Shown: positions 50,590 through 63,040 of the stretch, piece by piece
How positions within the stretch are numbered: the stretch's first letter is position 1
Layout of the letters: each line of letters starts with the position of its first letter
Assembly (NCBI RefSeq): GCF_963921235.1
Contig: NC_086108.1
Span: 99,822,001 to 99,886,000 of the forward strand
Direction: 5' to 3'
DNA: 64,000 nt
Source of the DNA: Mobula hypostoma
Taxonomy: Eukaryota
Notes under the pieces: generated by a model
Seen by the model: the letters and a program-made list of their open reading frames with translations, nothing else
What the model was told of the DNA's origin: nothing
Databases searched by the model: none
Position numbers and translations under genes: made by a program

Positions 50590-51412
50590 TAGTGTGAAGA
50601 CAATAACCTATCCCTCAACGTCAGCAAGGTGAAGGAATTGGTTGTTGACTTCAGAAGGAGTAGTGGACTGCACGACCCCATTTACATCGGTGGTGCGCAA
50701 GTGGAACAGGTCAAAAGCTTTAAGTTCCTCGGGGTCAATATCACAAATGACCTGACTTGGTCCAACCAAGCAGAGTCCACTGCTAAGAAGGCCCACCAGT
50801 GCCTTTACTTCCTGAGGAAGCTGAGGAAATTTGGCCTGTCCCCTAAAACCCTCACTAATTTTTATAGATACACCATAGAAAACATTCTTCTGGAGGCAAT
50901 CACAACCTGGTATGGAAGTTGTCCTGTCCAAGACTGGAAGAAGCTGCAGAAGATCGTGAACACAGCCCAGCAAACACAAACCAATCTTCCATCCTTGGAC
51001 TCACTTTACACCGCACGCTGTCGGAGCAGTGCTGCCAGGATAATCAAGGACACGACCCACCCAGCCAATACACTTTTCGTCCCTCTTCCCTCCGGGAGAA
51101 GGCTCAGGAGCTTGAAGACTTGTACGACCAGATTTGGGAACAGCTTCTTTCCTACTGTGATAAGACTGCTGAATGGATCCTGACCCGGATCTGGGCCGTA
51201 CCCTCCGAATATCCAGACCTGCCTCTCGGTTTTTTTGCACTACCTTACTTCCCATTTTTCTATTTTCTATTTATGATTTATAATTTAAATTTTTAATATT
51301 TACTATTGATTTGTACTCCAGGGAACGGGAAGCGCAGAATCAAATATCGCTGTGATGATTGTATATTCTAGTATCAATTGTTTGGCGACAATAAAGTATA
51401 AAGTATAAAGTA
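50590..51412 (+). mobile_element. Rex1/Babar-like LINE 3' fragment (second young family)
   Basis: Open frame LNVSKVKELVVDFRR..FGNSFFPTVIRLLNGS with an (AAAGTAT)n tail. A 3' piece of the same family lies at about 17190-17310(-). Confidence 0.9.
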
Positions 51413-51677
51413 TAGTGGCAAAAGGTGTGTGTGCGCACATGTGCACACCTTAGAGGGAACATTGCTCCTGGACCACCGCAGTTAACTTCACTCACCACAA
51501 CACTGAACTAAATCCACAACCTATGGATTCACTTTTAAGCACTCTACAACTCATGTTCTCAGTGTTATTTATTTATTCTCTTTATTTGCCCTATTTGTCT
51601 TCTCTTGCATGTTGGTTGTTGTCAGTCTTTGCTTATGCATGGTTTCATAAATTATGTTGTATTTCTTTATTTATTTA

Positions 51678-51912
51678 GTGTTGGGCACGTGGCCAAGTGG
51701 TTAAGGTGTTCGTCTAGTGATCTGAAGGTCGCCAGTTCGAGCCTCAGCTGTGGCAGCGCGTTTGTGTCCATCAGCAAGGCACTTAACCACACATTGCTCT
51801 AGGGTCTGTGTGAGGAGTGGCGCCCCACACAGACTTCCAATCTGCGCCTTGTAAGGCATGAAAATGCCCGAAACAGGCCTCTCATGGTCTGAGTCGACGT
51901 TTCCTCCCTCCC
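51678..51912 (+). mobile_element. tRNA-derived SINE with CORE-like block
   Basis: A box TGGCCAAGTGG, B box AGTTCGAGCC, then GTGTCCATCAGCAAGGCACTTAACC. Confidence 0.75.
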
Positions 51913-52204
51913 TTTATTTAATCTACAAATACCAGCAAGAAAATGAACCTCAATGTAGTACATGGTAATATATCCAGTATGTAAATTAATTTAAAAATTG
52001 TTTTGACTTTAAATGTGATCACTGCCACTGCTGTGGGCATCACCATGCAAGTGAAGAAAAACATTTGAGTGGAGGTGACCCAGCCAACTCTGTGTTTGTG
52101 TGTGTGTGTGTGTGTATATGAGAGAGCATGTGAGAAAGAGAGACCCCACATGGTGTCCTGACAACCACGTTCTGTGCTCTTGAGTACCCTAGGCCTGATG
52201 AACA

Positions 52205-52930
52205 GGACAGAGATTGCAGAGTAAAGCACGCGAAGTGCTGGTGGAACTCAACAGGTCAGGCAGCATCTATTGAGAGGCATAAAGAGAAGCTATTTTGGGC
52301 CGAGACCCTTCATCAGCACTGGAAAGAAAGGCAGAAGAAGCTGGAATAAGAAGATGGGGGATACGTAAGGAGAATGATTTGAAATGTGATAGGTGTAGCC
52401 AGGGGAAGGGGTAGGTAGATGGGTGGGGGAAGGAGGTAGCCTCCAACATGACAGCATGAACGTCGTTGTATCTAACTTTGAGTAATTTCTCCCCCCTTCC
52501 GCTTCTCTCTTCTATCATTCCCTATTCTGGCTTCCCCTTACCCTTTCTCTTCTCCTCACCTGCCTATCAATCCGCTCTGTTGCCTCTCCTCTCTCTCTTT
52601 CTCCCACTGCCCACTTTCCCCTTCTATCAGATCCTTTCATCTTTTTCTTCAGCCCTTTATCTTTTCTATCTCCTCCCAGCTCCTCACTTCACCCCTGCTT
52701 GTCCACCCATCCACCTTCCCCCTCACCTGGATTCACGTATCACCTGTCAGCTTGTACTTTTCCCCCTCCCTCCACCTTCTACCCCCTTCCTTTCCGGTCC
52801 TGATGAAAGGTCTCAGCCCAAAATGTTGACTTTTTTTCCCTCTCCATAGATGCTGCCTAACCTTCTGAGTTTCTCATGCAGTTTGTGTGTGTTACCCTGG
52901 ACTTACAGCAGCTGCAGAAACACTTGTGTT
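52205..52930. mobile_element. Penelope element end with inverted upstream pLTR
   Basis: Minus pLTR (52205-52430) abuts GSLQHDSMNVVVSNFE* plus a + strand pLTR. Degenerate hammerheads at about 52290(-) and 52797(+). Confidence 0.7.
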
Positions 52931-53969
52931 AGAGCGCAGTGCTGAGCTGATTTGCATGAAAAGTGTGGCAGGGCTGCAGTGATGCTGACTGCATTATCCT
53001 GAGCATTGAATATCGATACTGGCAGATGCTGTGCACATCAACGTCACAGTACTGATCCTTCAACCGATGCCTCGGTGCTCTTCCTGCCTAAAGTTCCCCT
53101 CAATTTTTCTGCTGAGCGTTCACCTCAGGAGATTGGTATCCTGACACTCTGGTTTATATTGGTAATGAAGGAAATTCATGGTGATGCACTGGAAACATCA
53201 TTCACAGCTCATGGAAGAGCTGGGCCATTTCTCAAAAGGCAGATTTCACCCAGCAATGATCATTAGAGCAATTTAACGTGGGTAAAATAATTTTTACATG
53301 CAATTTATGAATGAAAAATGAGCTGAAATGGATCCAATTCCTCAGTAATACAATTCCCATGTGGTTTAAATGACCAGGAAATACTTTCCTTCCCTGTCAT
53401 GACTTGTTTTAAGTGTGATAAAATCAGAATGCATTCCAGATTATTTTGCCTGCAATAAGGTTAATCCAAAATAATCCTTTGGAACAGGGGTTCCCAACCC
53501 TTTTTATTCGATAGATCAATACCAATAAGCAAGGCCCCTGGGTTGAGAAACCTGTTTTAGAGTAAAGAATTAGATTTGAACTCAGTTTTCAAATGATAAG
53601 TACAGAGGTCCAATTAAGATGTGTTAAATAATGTGTTCCTCAACTTTATCATATTTATTATGAATGCCATTTAAATAATTATTGAGAAGTATCTCAAGTT
53701 ACATCCCTTCAACCATCAGGCTTTCGAACCAACGTAAATATCTTCACTTACCTCAGTATTGAACTGATTCATGACTTATTTATCTATCTATCTATCTGTC
53801 TACTTATCTTTTTTATTTATCTATATTTCTTTTTATTTAGTATTTGCACAGATTGTCTTCGTTTGCAAATTGGTTGTTTGTCTGTCTTTGTGTATAGTTT
53901 TTCACTGATTCCATTGTGTTTCTTTGTATCTACTGTCCAAAAGAAAATAAACCTCAAGGTAGAATATGG

Positions 53970-54420
53970 TGAGATTTACAAGGATGATGTCTGGACTAGA
54001 GGGGTTGAGTTATAGGGAGAGGTTAGCCGCACTGAACCTTTATTCCCTGGAGCACCGGAGAATGAGAGGTGACTTCATTGAGGATTATAAAATCGTGAGG
54101 GTATCGATAAGGTGGACAGTCATAGTCCTTTACTCATGGTAAGGGGGACCAAAGCTAGAGGCTGTAGATACAAGATAAGAAGGGAGAATTTTAAAAGAGA
54201 CTTGAGAGGTAATTTATTTACACAGAGCATAGTAAGTACCTGGAATGTGCTGCCAGAGGACGTGATTGAGGTGGGTGCAAATGCAACATTTAAAAGGTAT
54301 TTGGAGAGGTGAATGGAGGAGAGAGGCTTGGAACATCATGGTCCGATTATGGGCAAGGACTGGCAAAGAGGATGCTGTGGTTGGCATGGACCAGTTGAGC
54401 AGGTCTCTATGACTCTATGG
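53970..54420 (+). mobile_element. CR1 3' fragment
   Basis: RFTRMMSGLEGLSYRERL..FTQSIVSTWNVLPE. Confidence 0.8.
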
Positions 54421-54742
54421 CTCTTATTACATTATATATGAACACTTTGTTACTTTTGTACAATCAAGTTCGGGACTTAATGACAATTTCTATCCCACTC
54501 TCAGACTCTTGAAACATAGATAACCTAAAGCACAGGCCCTTTGGCCCACAAAGCTGTTCCGAACATGTCCTTACCTGAAAACCTAGGGTTACCCATAGCC
54601 CTCTATTTTTTGAGCTCCATATACCTGTCCAGGAGTCTCTTAAAAGACCCTATCGTATCCGCCCCCACCACCGTCGCCAGCAACCCATTCCACGCACTCA
54701 CTACTCTCTGCGTAAAAAAATTACCTCTTGAACAGACCTCTT

Positions 54743-54944
54743 TCTCTTTTTTTAAATCTTTTTATTAAATAAGTATACAAAAAGGTAAGCCATATAGACA
54801 CTAATACACTGTTAGAATATAATAAAATTACAGAAGATATTAATACAAAAAAAAATACTACAAACAATGTAATTTAAACATAACATACCAAGGTAACATA
54901 ATAGTATACTAATTTTATATATATATCAATAGAGAAAAGGAAAA
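54743..54944 (-). mobile_element. Short AT-rich retroposed insertion (L1-type 3' UTR)
   Basis: 12-bp TSD AACAGACCTCTT (54731-54742 / 54945-54956); AATAAA and an A-rich tail on the minus strand. Confidence 0.65.
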
Positions 54945-56675
54945 AACAGACCTCTTGTTCAATAGGAAGGACTCTTGGACTCACAATCTACCTCATTACG
55001 ATCTTTCAATTTATCGTTACTTGCATTGCAATTTTTAGCAGCTTTTACACTTTGTGCATTGTTATTGTTTCAGCTTATTCTGGCCCAGTGCACTGTGTAG
55101 TAATCTGATCTGTATTAACAGTATGCAAGACAAGCTTTTCAACGTGCATGTGACAATAAAGTTCAAAGTTTAAGGTTAATTAACTTAAAGCAAACCACAA
55201 AAAAAAAACCCATCAAGTGAGCAGCTTGTTCATGAGAGTGGCCAGAAGAAAATGCCTGGAATGGCTTAAGGTGACTGTAACTCAAATAATCACATGTTAC
55301 AATAGCAGTGTGAGAGAGCATCTCTGAATGTACAACATGTTGAAGTGAATGCGCTGCCAGCAGCAGAAGACCACGAATGTACATTCAATGGCCAGTATAT
55401 GAGGTAGAAGAGGTCCCTAATACAGTGGCCACTGAGCATGTCTTCCTGCAATAATATTCTTCTGCAACAGTTGCCAATACACATCATGAGAGATCTCGGG
55501 CCGAAGCATCAACTGTTTATTCCCCTCCTTAGTCACTGCCTGGTCTGCTGAGTTCCTCCAGAATTTTCTGTATTGCTTTGGGTTTCCATCATCTGCAGAA
55601 TCTCTTGTGTTTAAGGCCGAATCATGATGAAGCAGTTGAGAGACACATTGGTAAGGATGGAGCTGGTTGAGAATCATAGGGAGCTTTTAGCAGATCCTCA
55701 GGGGGGCTCAAAGCTTCCAGGACAGGAGTGGGTCAGCAGCCAGGTTGGGGCACAGGGTGGTGGTATTAAGAATTTAAGGGTCTACTGGAACTTTATAAGG
55801 TTGGAGCCACAATTAGGAGGGAGGAGCGGATGCAGAGGATCCAAACCCCAAGGAGAGATGTCACGCTAATGAAGTCAGCTTACAAATACAAGTAAGAGGC
55901 AGGCTATTATCTTTAGAAGGTTGGCTGACCCAGGAAATTGCATTACAACATCCTTATTGCTCATCTCACAAGCCCTTCGCTGGCACCATTCTAGCTGATT
56001 TAATCCAATTGAACACCAATCTGAGCACTCAGGGTGCACTGCTCAAAGGCAGTTTATAGCCTTTTGCTGAAAACCATGGAATTAATTGAGTGCTTTTGAA
56101 TGCTTTACATCACAAACCAGTCAACAGACAGTTGCTTCATTTTGCTTCAGCGTGGAGGAAGCTTTAATAATGGATTTTTTTCTTTATCTCCCTACTTATA
56201 TTTTTCAACCTGGCAGTATTTGGAGAGCATGACTACATGTGAACACATTTAGGCAATGCTTTAAATGGACAGTTGAAAACACTTGATTCTGCTAGGTTTT
56301 CATTGTAAATTGATCGCCTCTTGACTTTATCCATAACTTGGGTCATTTGTCTTTGATGACGGTCTTCAAAGTGGGTCATGCATGCAAATTCATAATGGTT
56401 TGTAACCATTATTTTATCGAGTGTTCCTATAAAAATTGTTAAATGATTTGGAACTGGCACCATGGGAGAGGCCAGATGTACAGCTGCAAATTAGTTTACT
56501 AAAACGTAACTTCAGCTCCATAACTGATATCAGCGTAGCAGTCTTCAAAACAAACACTTAGAAGGGACTGCCGTTCAAAGAGTGCCTTTGCCGAGGAGCA
56601 TTAACACTTCCATCTCTCTGTCGTTTTCACTTCCCAAAAGCTTATATCCACTTTACTGTTACGATGCCAATGGGT

Positions 56676-57350
56676 TTATAAGGCATGGCTGAGGCTTTGC
56701 AAGACATTGGTCAGGCTGCACCTGGAATATTTTTGGGCAGTCTTGTGCCCCTTATCTAAGGAAAGATATGCTGGCTTTGGACCAAGTCCAGAGGAGGATC
56801 CCATGAATGATCCTGTGAATCGAAGGGTTAATATATGAGAAGTGCTTGAAAGCTCTGGGCCTGTATTCTCTAGAGTTTAGGAAAATGATAGTAGATCTCA
56901 TTCAAACCTGTGAATACTTAAAGCACTAGATCAGAGATTCCCAAACTTCTTTATGCCATGGACCCCAACCATTAACTCAGGACCCCAGGATGGGAACTGC
57001 TGCTCTGGATAGAATGCATATAGAAAGGATGTTACCTCTGGTGGAGGAATCCAGGAGCAGAGGATACAGCCTCAGAATATAAGGACATCCCTTTAGAACG
57101 TAAATGAGGAGGATTCTTTTTAGCTAGAGGTTGGTGACTCTGCGGAATTCATTGTCACAGATGCCTATGGACGTGAAGAATGTATAATTAAAGCAGAGGT
57201 TGATAGGTTCTTGATTGGTGAGGGCATCAAAAGTTATGGGATGAAGGCAGGAGAGCTGAGTTAAGAGGGACGATAAATCAGCCATGATTGAATGGTGGAG
57301 CAGACTCAATGGGCCAAATGGCCTAACTCGACTCCTAGGTCTTATGGTTT
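56676..57350 (+). mobile_element. CR1 3' fragment with nested hAT-like MITE
   Basis: [15 protein letters not shown]..; MITE at 56932-57002. Confidence 0.8.
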
Positions 57351-57787
57351 ACATATGACCATTAAAGAGAAGCTGGCATTAGCCTCATAGAACATAGAAC
57401 AGGCCCTTCAGCCCACAATGTCTGTGCTGAACAGGATGGCAAATTAAACTAAATCATCTCTGCCTGCACATGATCCTGAAAATTCTTGACTCTTGCTTAA
57501 AGCCTCTTCAATGGCCTCCGCTCCTGCCACTACCCCGGCAGGCCGTTCCTAGCACCTCTGTGCAAAAAACTGACTTGTCATACATGCTTCCTCTAAAATT
57601 TTCCCCCATGACCGTAAATGCATGCTCTCCAGTACATAAAATTTCTACCCAGGCAAAAGATTCTGACCGTCTTTTCTATGCCACTTATAATTTTATATAT
57701 CTCTGTTATTTCTCTCCTGAGCGTCCAATGCTCCAGAGAAAACAATTCTATCCATCCTCTCCTTTTAGATCATATCCTAGAATGCAA

Positions 57788-58066
57788 GGCAGCACAGTAG
57801 CCTAGTGGTTAGCACAGTGCTTTACAATACAGGCAACCTGGTTTCAATGCCTGTCACTGCCTGTAAGGAGTCTGTATGTTCTCACCGTGACTGTGTGGGT
57901 TTCCTCCGGGTGCTCTGATTTCCTCCCACAGTCCAAAGATGTACCAGTTGGTAGGTTAATTGTAAATTGTTCCATGGGGGTAGGAGTAAATCAGGGGATT
58001 GCTGGGCAGCATGGCTCAAAGGGCCAGAAGGTCCTGTTCTGCATTGTATCTCAATACATAAATAAA
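57788..58066 (+). mobile_element. V-SINE (HE1-like), near complete
   Basis: GGCAGCACAGTAGCCTAGTGGTTAGCAC head, V-domain, and AATAAA tail. Confidence 0.8.
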
Positions 58067-59370
58067 ATCCTGGCAATCCTCTTCCGTACTCTGTCCAAGA
58101 CATCACATCCTTCCTGTATTGGGCGACCAACTCTGAGCACAATACCCTGTGTGGCCTAACTAGAGTTCTAAGCAGCCACCACATGTTCCCAAACTCATGT
58201 AAAATCATAGCTGGTCTTTAACTTAGTGCCAGTCTACTTACCAACCCCATATGCCTCAATTCCCCTAATATCCAATAGTCCATCAATCTCTGTCTTGGTT
58301 GCTCTCACTGTCTGAGAATCAATGGCCCTTCTGGTGTGTGAATGCCAAAGGTTAACTATTCTTACGTCTCCTGTCAGTACTGAATAATCAAACTCTTATT
58401 GTGACAGTGAGATCTGGTTCTAAACACCTCAAGCAGGAGAAACATCCTTCCCGTCTCAACCTTGTCAAACTCTGTCAAAAATGTTTAGAGCTTCCAATTA
58501 GATTGTCTTTCGTTCTTTGACATTATAGAAATTAATAAGGTTATGGGCTAACAAAGCACTCGCCCTGATAATTATCTCTCAGATTTCCTCACCTTATGAC
58601 TGCCCAACTTACACCTATGTACAACCTATATATATCTGTCTATATATATACACACACACATACATAAATACACGTATATATGTATGAGTGGGGTGGTGGG
58701 TGGAAATATGTCTCTACCAAAGAGTAAGGCGCTCCTTCCCTCCGCTAGCCTGCAGGTCACCCTTGAGCAAGATGTAGCACCTGCTTAGCTCCCCGATGAG
58801 GGTCAGGTGAAGCCGTGGGCCGGGATGGATGGTCATATGAGCAGCTGGTACACATCACAAGTCCTGATTATGTGACCACTAATGGCAGGCAATCTCTGAA
58901 GAGTATTGATAATGGCTGGGGTCACCCGTCTTGTAAAGACGCTGCCCAGAGTAAGGCAATGGCAAACCACTTCTGTAGAAAAATTTGCCAAGACCAATCA
59001 TGGAAAGACCATGACTGCCTATGTCATCCGACATGGCACATGAGGAACAAACAAATATACATGAGTGAATGTTTGGGGAATCAGCGGAATAGATTTGCCA
59101 GCTACTGCAGGGCTGCAGGCAACTCCTGCCAGGCGGAACTGAGTTTGTGGTGGCGTTTCTGACTTGCAAACTGATTGGATTATGGACAGTTCTCTGGAGC
59201 AGAGCCCTGCTGTAACTTTGGGGAAGCTGTACAGAAAGTAGCACTAGAAATGATGAATTCATTGGTAGTCATCTTCCAAAATCCTTTACATTCTGGAAGA
59301 ATCCCTGCAGATTGAAGGATGGCAAGTGTAAATCTGCCTTTTAAAAATGAAAAGAACAAACAAGGAATTA

Positions 59371-59890
59371 GCTGAGGATGTTCTATGAGTCTGTGGTGGC
59401 CAGTGCTATCATGTTTGCCATTGTGAGCTGGGGCAGCAGACTAAGTGTAGCAGACACCAACAGAATCAACAAACCCATTTGTAAGGCCAGTGATGTTGTG
59501 GGGATGGAACTGGACTCTCTGACGGTGGTGTCTGAAAAGAGGATGCTGTCCAAGTTGCATGCCATCTTGGACAATGTCTCCCATCCACTACATAATGTAC
59601 TGGTTGGGCACAGGAGTACATTCAGCCAGAGACTTTTTGCACTGAGATACAACACTGAGCATCATAGGAAGTCATTCCTGCCTGTGGCCATCAAACTTTA
59701 CAACCCCTCCCTTGGAGGGTCAGACACCCTGAGTCAATAGGCTGGTCCTGGACTTATTTCCTGGCATTTACATATTACTATTTAATTATTTATGGTTTTA
59801 TATTGCTTTATTTATACTCTATTCTTGGTTGGTGCAACTGTAATGAAAACCAATTTCCCTCGGGATCAATAAAGTGTGACTATGACTATA
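59371..59890 (+). mobile_element. Young Rex1/Babar-like LINE copy
   Basis: MFYESVVASAIMFA..GGSDTLSQ; (TATGAC)n-like tail. Confidence 0.9.
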
Positions 59891-60054
59891 GACCAATAGC
59901 CCAATGTCAGTAGTGAGAGTAATGGTATCCTCTTTTGTAAAATACTCTATTATCAAAAGGTCAGATGTTGAACTATGCTGCTAAACTGCAGAACTCAATA
60001 CCTAAAACTACAAGAGATGTAGACTCAGTTGACACTTTTATGTGCCAGCTCAGA

Positions 60055-60685
60055 ATCTATTTTGAGCAGTGCTCCTGATGTGGGCTCCTTTACATTGGTG
60101 AGACCTGTCACAAACTGGGGGACTGCTTCATCGAGGACCTCTGCATCATCCACCACAAGCGGGACTTCGCGATGGCCAAGCATTTTAAGTCCCATTCCGA
60201 AATGTTGGTCCATGGTCTCCTCTTGTGCCAGATGAGGCCACTCTCAAGGTGGAGGAACACCTAAAATTCTATCTGGGTAACCTCCAACCTGATAGCATGA
60301 AGATCGATTTCTCCTTCCAATAAACAAATTCCTCCCCCCACCCCCACCCATTCCTTTTTTTTAATCTATTCCCCATTCTGGCTTTTTACATCTTCCCACC
60401 TGCCTATCACACCCCCCCCCACCCCCAGTCCCCTCCTCCTTCCCTTTTTCCCATGGTCCACTCTCCTCTTCTATCAGATTCCTCCCTCTCTAGTCCTTTA
60501 CCTTTCCCACCCACCTGGCTTCACCTGTCACCTTCTAGCTAATTCTCCTTCTTTTTCCCCTACCTTTTTATTCTGCCATCTTCTCCCTTCCTTTTCAGTC
60601 CTGATGAAGGGTCTCGGCCCAAAATCAACTGTTCATTCATTTTCATAGATGCTGACTAACCTGCTGCATTTTGTGTGTGTTGCTC
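60055..60685 (+). mobile_element. Penelope-like element, GIY-YIG endonuclease remnant plus pLTR
   Basis: CS*CGLLYIGETCHKLGDCFIEDL..AKHFKSHS..LGNLQPDSMKIDF; degenerate hammerhead at about 60597-60630. Confidence 0.85.
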
Positions 60686-60989
60686 AAAATCTATTTATTT
60701 AATCTTGCTTTTAACTAAATTCCTTTTATCTTTTATTTTCATGTTTGCACTTTATCCCATTGTAAAGCACTTAGAACTACATCATCCGAATGAAATGTGC
60801 TCTATAAATAAGTTATTATCATTAAAATAAGTAATAACGACGCATTGGAAAACCATTAAAATGAGAATGGACAAAGTCAGCATGGATTTTATAAAAGAAA
60901 ATCATAATTAAAAGATCTGTTGAGGTTTCTGAGGATGCACCACAAAGAACAGATAAGGAAGAAACAGTGAATGTGTGTATCTGGACTTT

Positions 60990-63040
60990 ATAAGAACATA
61001 AAAAAATAGGAGCAGGAGTAGGCCATCTGGCCCGTCAAGCCTGCTCTGCCATTCAGCAAAATCATGGCCATGGGCTCATCTCCACCTACCTGCCTTTTCC
61101 CCAAAACCCTTAATTCCCCATTACTATGCAAAGTTCTATTCAACCTTGTCTGAGGCAGCCTCCACTGCTTCATTGGGCAGAGAATTCCACAGGTTCAGCA
61201 CTCTTTGGGAAAATCAGTTCTTTCTCATCTCCATGCTAAATTTTCTCCCCCCTAGTTCTAGTCCCACCTACCAGTGAAAACAACTTTCCTGTCTCTATCT
61301 TATCTATCCCTTTCATAATTTTATGCTTCCATAAGATCTTCTCTCATCCTTCTGAATTCCAGCAAGTACAGACCTGGTGACTCAATCTCTCCTCATAGTC
61401 TAACCCCCTCATCTCTGGAATCAACCTGGTGAACCTCCTCTGCACTGCCTCCAAAGCCAGTATATCCTTCCTCAAGTAAGGAGACCAGAACTGCATGCAG
61501 TAGCCCGGATGCGACCAAACCAGTACCCTACACGGTTACAGCATAATCACCCTGCTTTTAAATTCAATCCCACGTAACGAATGCCAACATTCTATTCTCC
61601 CTCTTGATAGCCTGCTGCACCCGCAGACCAGACTTTCCTGATTCATACACAAGCACTCTCAAGTCCTTCTGCACAGCAACGTGCTGCAAACTTTTACCAT
61701 TTAAATAATAATACCATTTAAATCTGTGGTGGCCAGTGCTATCATGTTTGCTGTTGTGTGCTGGGGCAGCAGGCTGAGGGTAGCAGACACCAACAGAATC
61801 AACAAACTCATTCGTAAGGCCAGTGATGTTGTGGGGATGGAACTGGACTGTCTCAAGGTGGTGTCTGAAAAGAGGATGCTGTCTAAGTTGCATGCCATCT
61901 TGGACAATATCTCCCATCCACAACATAATGTACTGGTTGGGTACAGGAGTACATTCAGTCAGAGACTCTTTCCACTGAGATGCAACACAGAGCGTCATAG
62001 GAAGTCATTCCTGCCTGTGGCCATCAAACTTTATAACTCCTCCCTTGGAGGGTCAGACACCCTGAGCTGATAGGCTGGTCCTGGACTTATTTCATAATTT
62101 ACTGGCATAATTTACATATTATTACTTAACTATTTATGGTTCTATTACTATTTATTATTTATGGTGCAACTGTAACGAAAACCAATTTCCCTCGGGATCA
62201 ATAAAGTATGACTATGACTATAACTATGATAATCTGATCTTCTATTTTTCCTTCCAAAGTGGAAGATCTTGTATTTACCAACATTGTACTCCATCTGCCG
62301 GATCCTTGCCCACTCACTTAACCTATCTATATATCTCTGCAGAGTCTCCGTATCCTCTGCACAATTTGCTTTTCCACTCAATTTAGTGTCATCAGCAAAC
62401 TTAGATACACTACACTCGGTCCCTTCTTCCAGATCGTTAATGTATATCATGAACATGTATGGACCCAGCACTGATTCTTGCGGCACCCAGAAAAACACCC
62501 ATGTATTCCAACTCTCTGCTTTCTATTGTTTCGCTAATCCTCTATATATGCTAATACATCACCCCCAACTCTATGCATCCTTATCTGATGGTTAAATCTT
62601 TTATGTGGCACCTTATTGAACGCCTTCTAGAAATCCAAGTAAATAATGTCCGTATGTTCCTCTCTATCCACTGCGTTTATTATATCCTCAAAGAACTCCA
62701 GTAAATTGGTCAAACAGGACCTGCCTTTGCTGAATCTATGCTGCATCTTCATGATGGATCCATTTCTTTTCAGATGCCATGCTATTTCTTTAATGATAGC
62801 TTCAAGCATTTTCCCAACTACAGATGTTAAACTAACTGACTATAATTACCTGCCTTTTGCCTAAATTCTTTTTTGAACACTGGCGTGATATTCACCTTCT
62901 TCCAATCTGCCGGGACCTGCCCAGAGTCCAGAGTATTTTGGCAAATTGTCACCAAAGCCTCAACTATAACCTCTGCCATTTCTTTCAGTACCCTGGGATG
63001 CATTCCATCAGGACCAGGGGACTTTCTATCTTTAGACGCA
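60990..63040 (-). mobile_element. CR1 LINE RT fragment, interrupted by a Rex1-like copy
   Basis: QHRFSKGRSCLTNLLEFFE..YLDF, VPQESVLGP..SKFADDTKL. Confidence 0.9.
61722..62228 (+). mobile_element. Young Rex1/Babar-like LINE copy nested in CR1
   Basis: VASAIMFAVVCWGS..GGSDTLS; (TATGAC)n tail. Confidence 0.9.

Noticed and set aside
51678..51750. tRNA gene (also about 35690)
   Set aside because: A and B boxes are present but run into a SINE body with no convincing acceptor stem or terminator.
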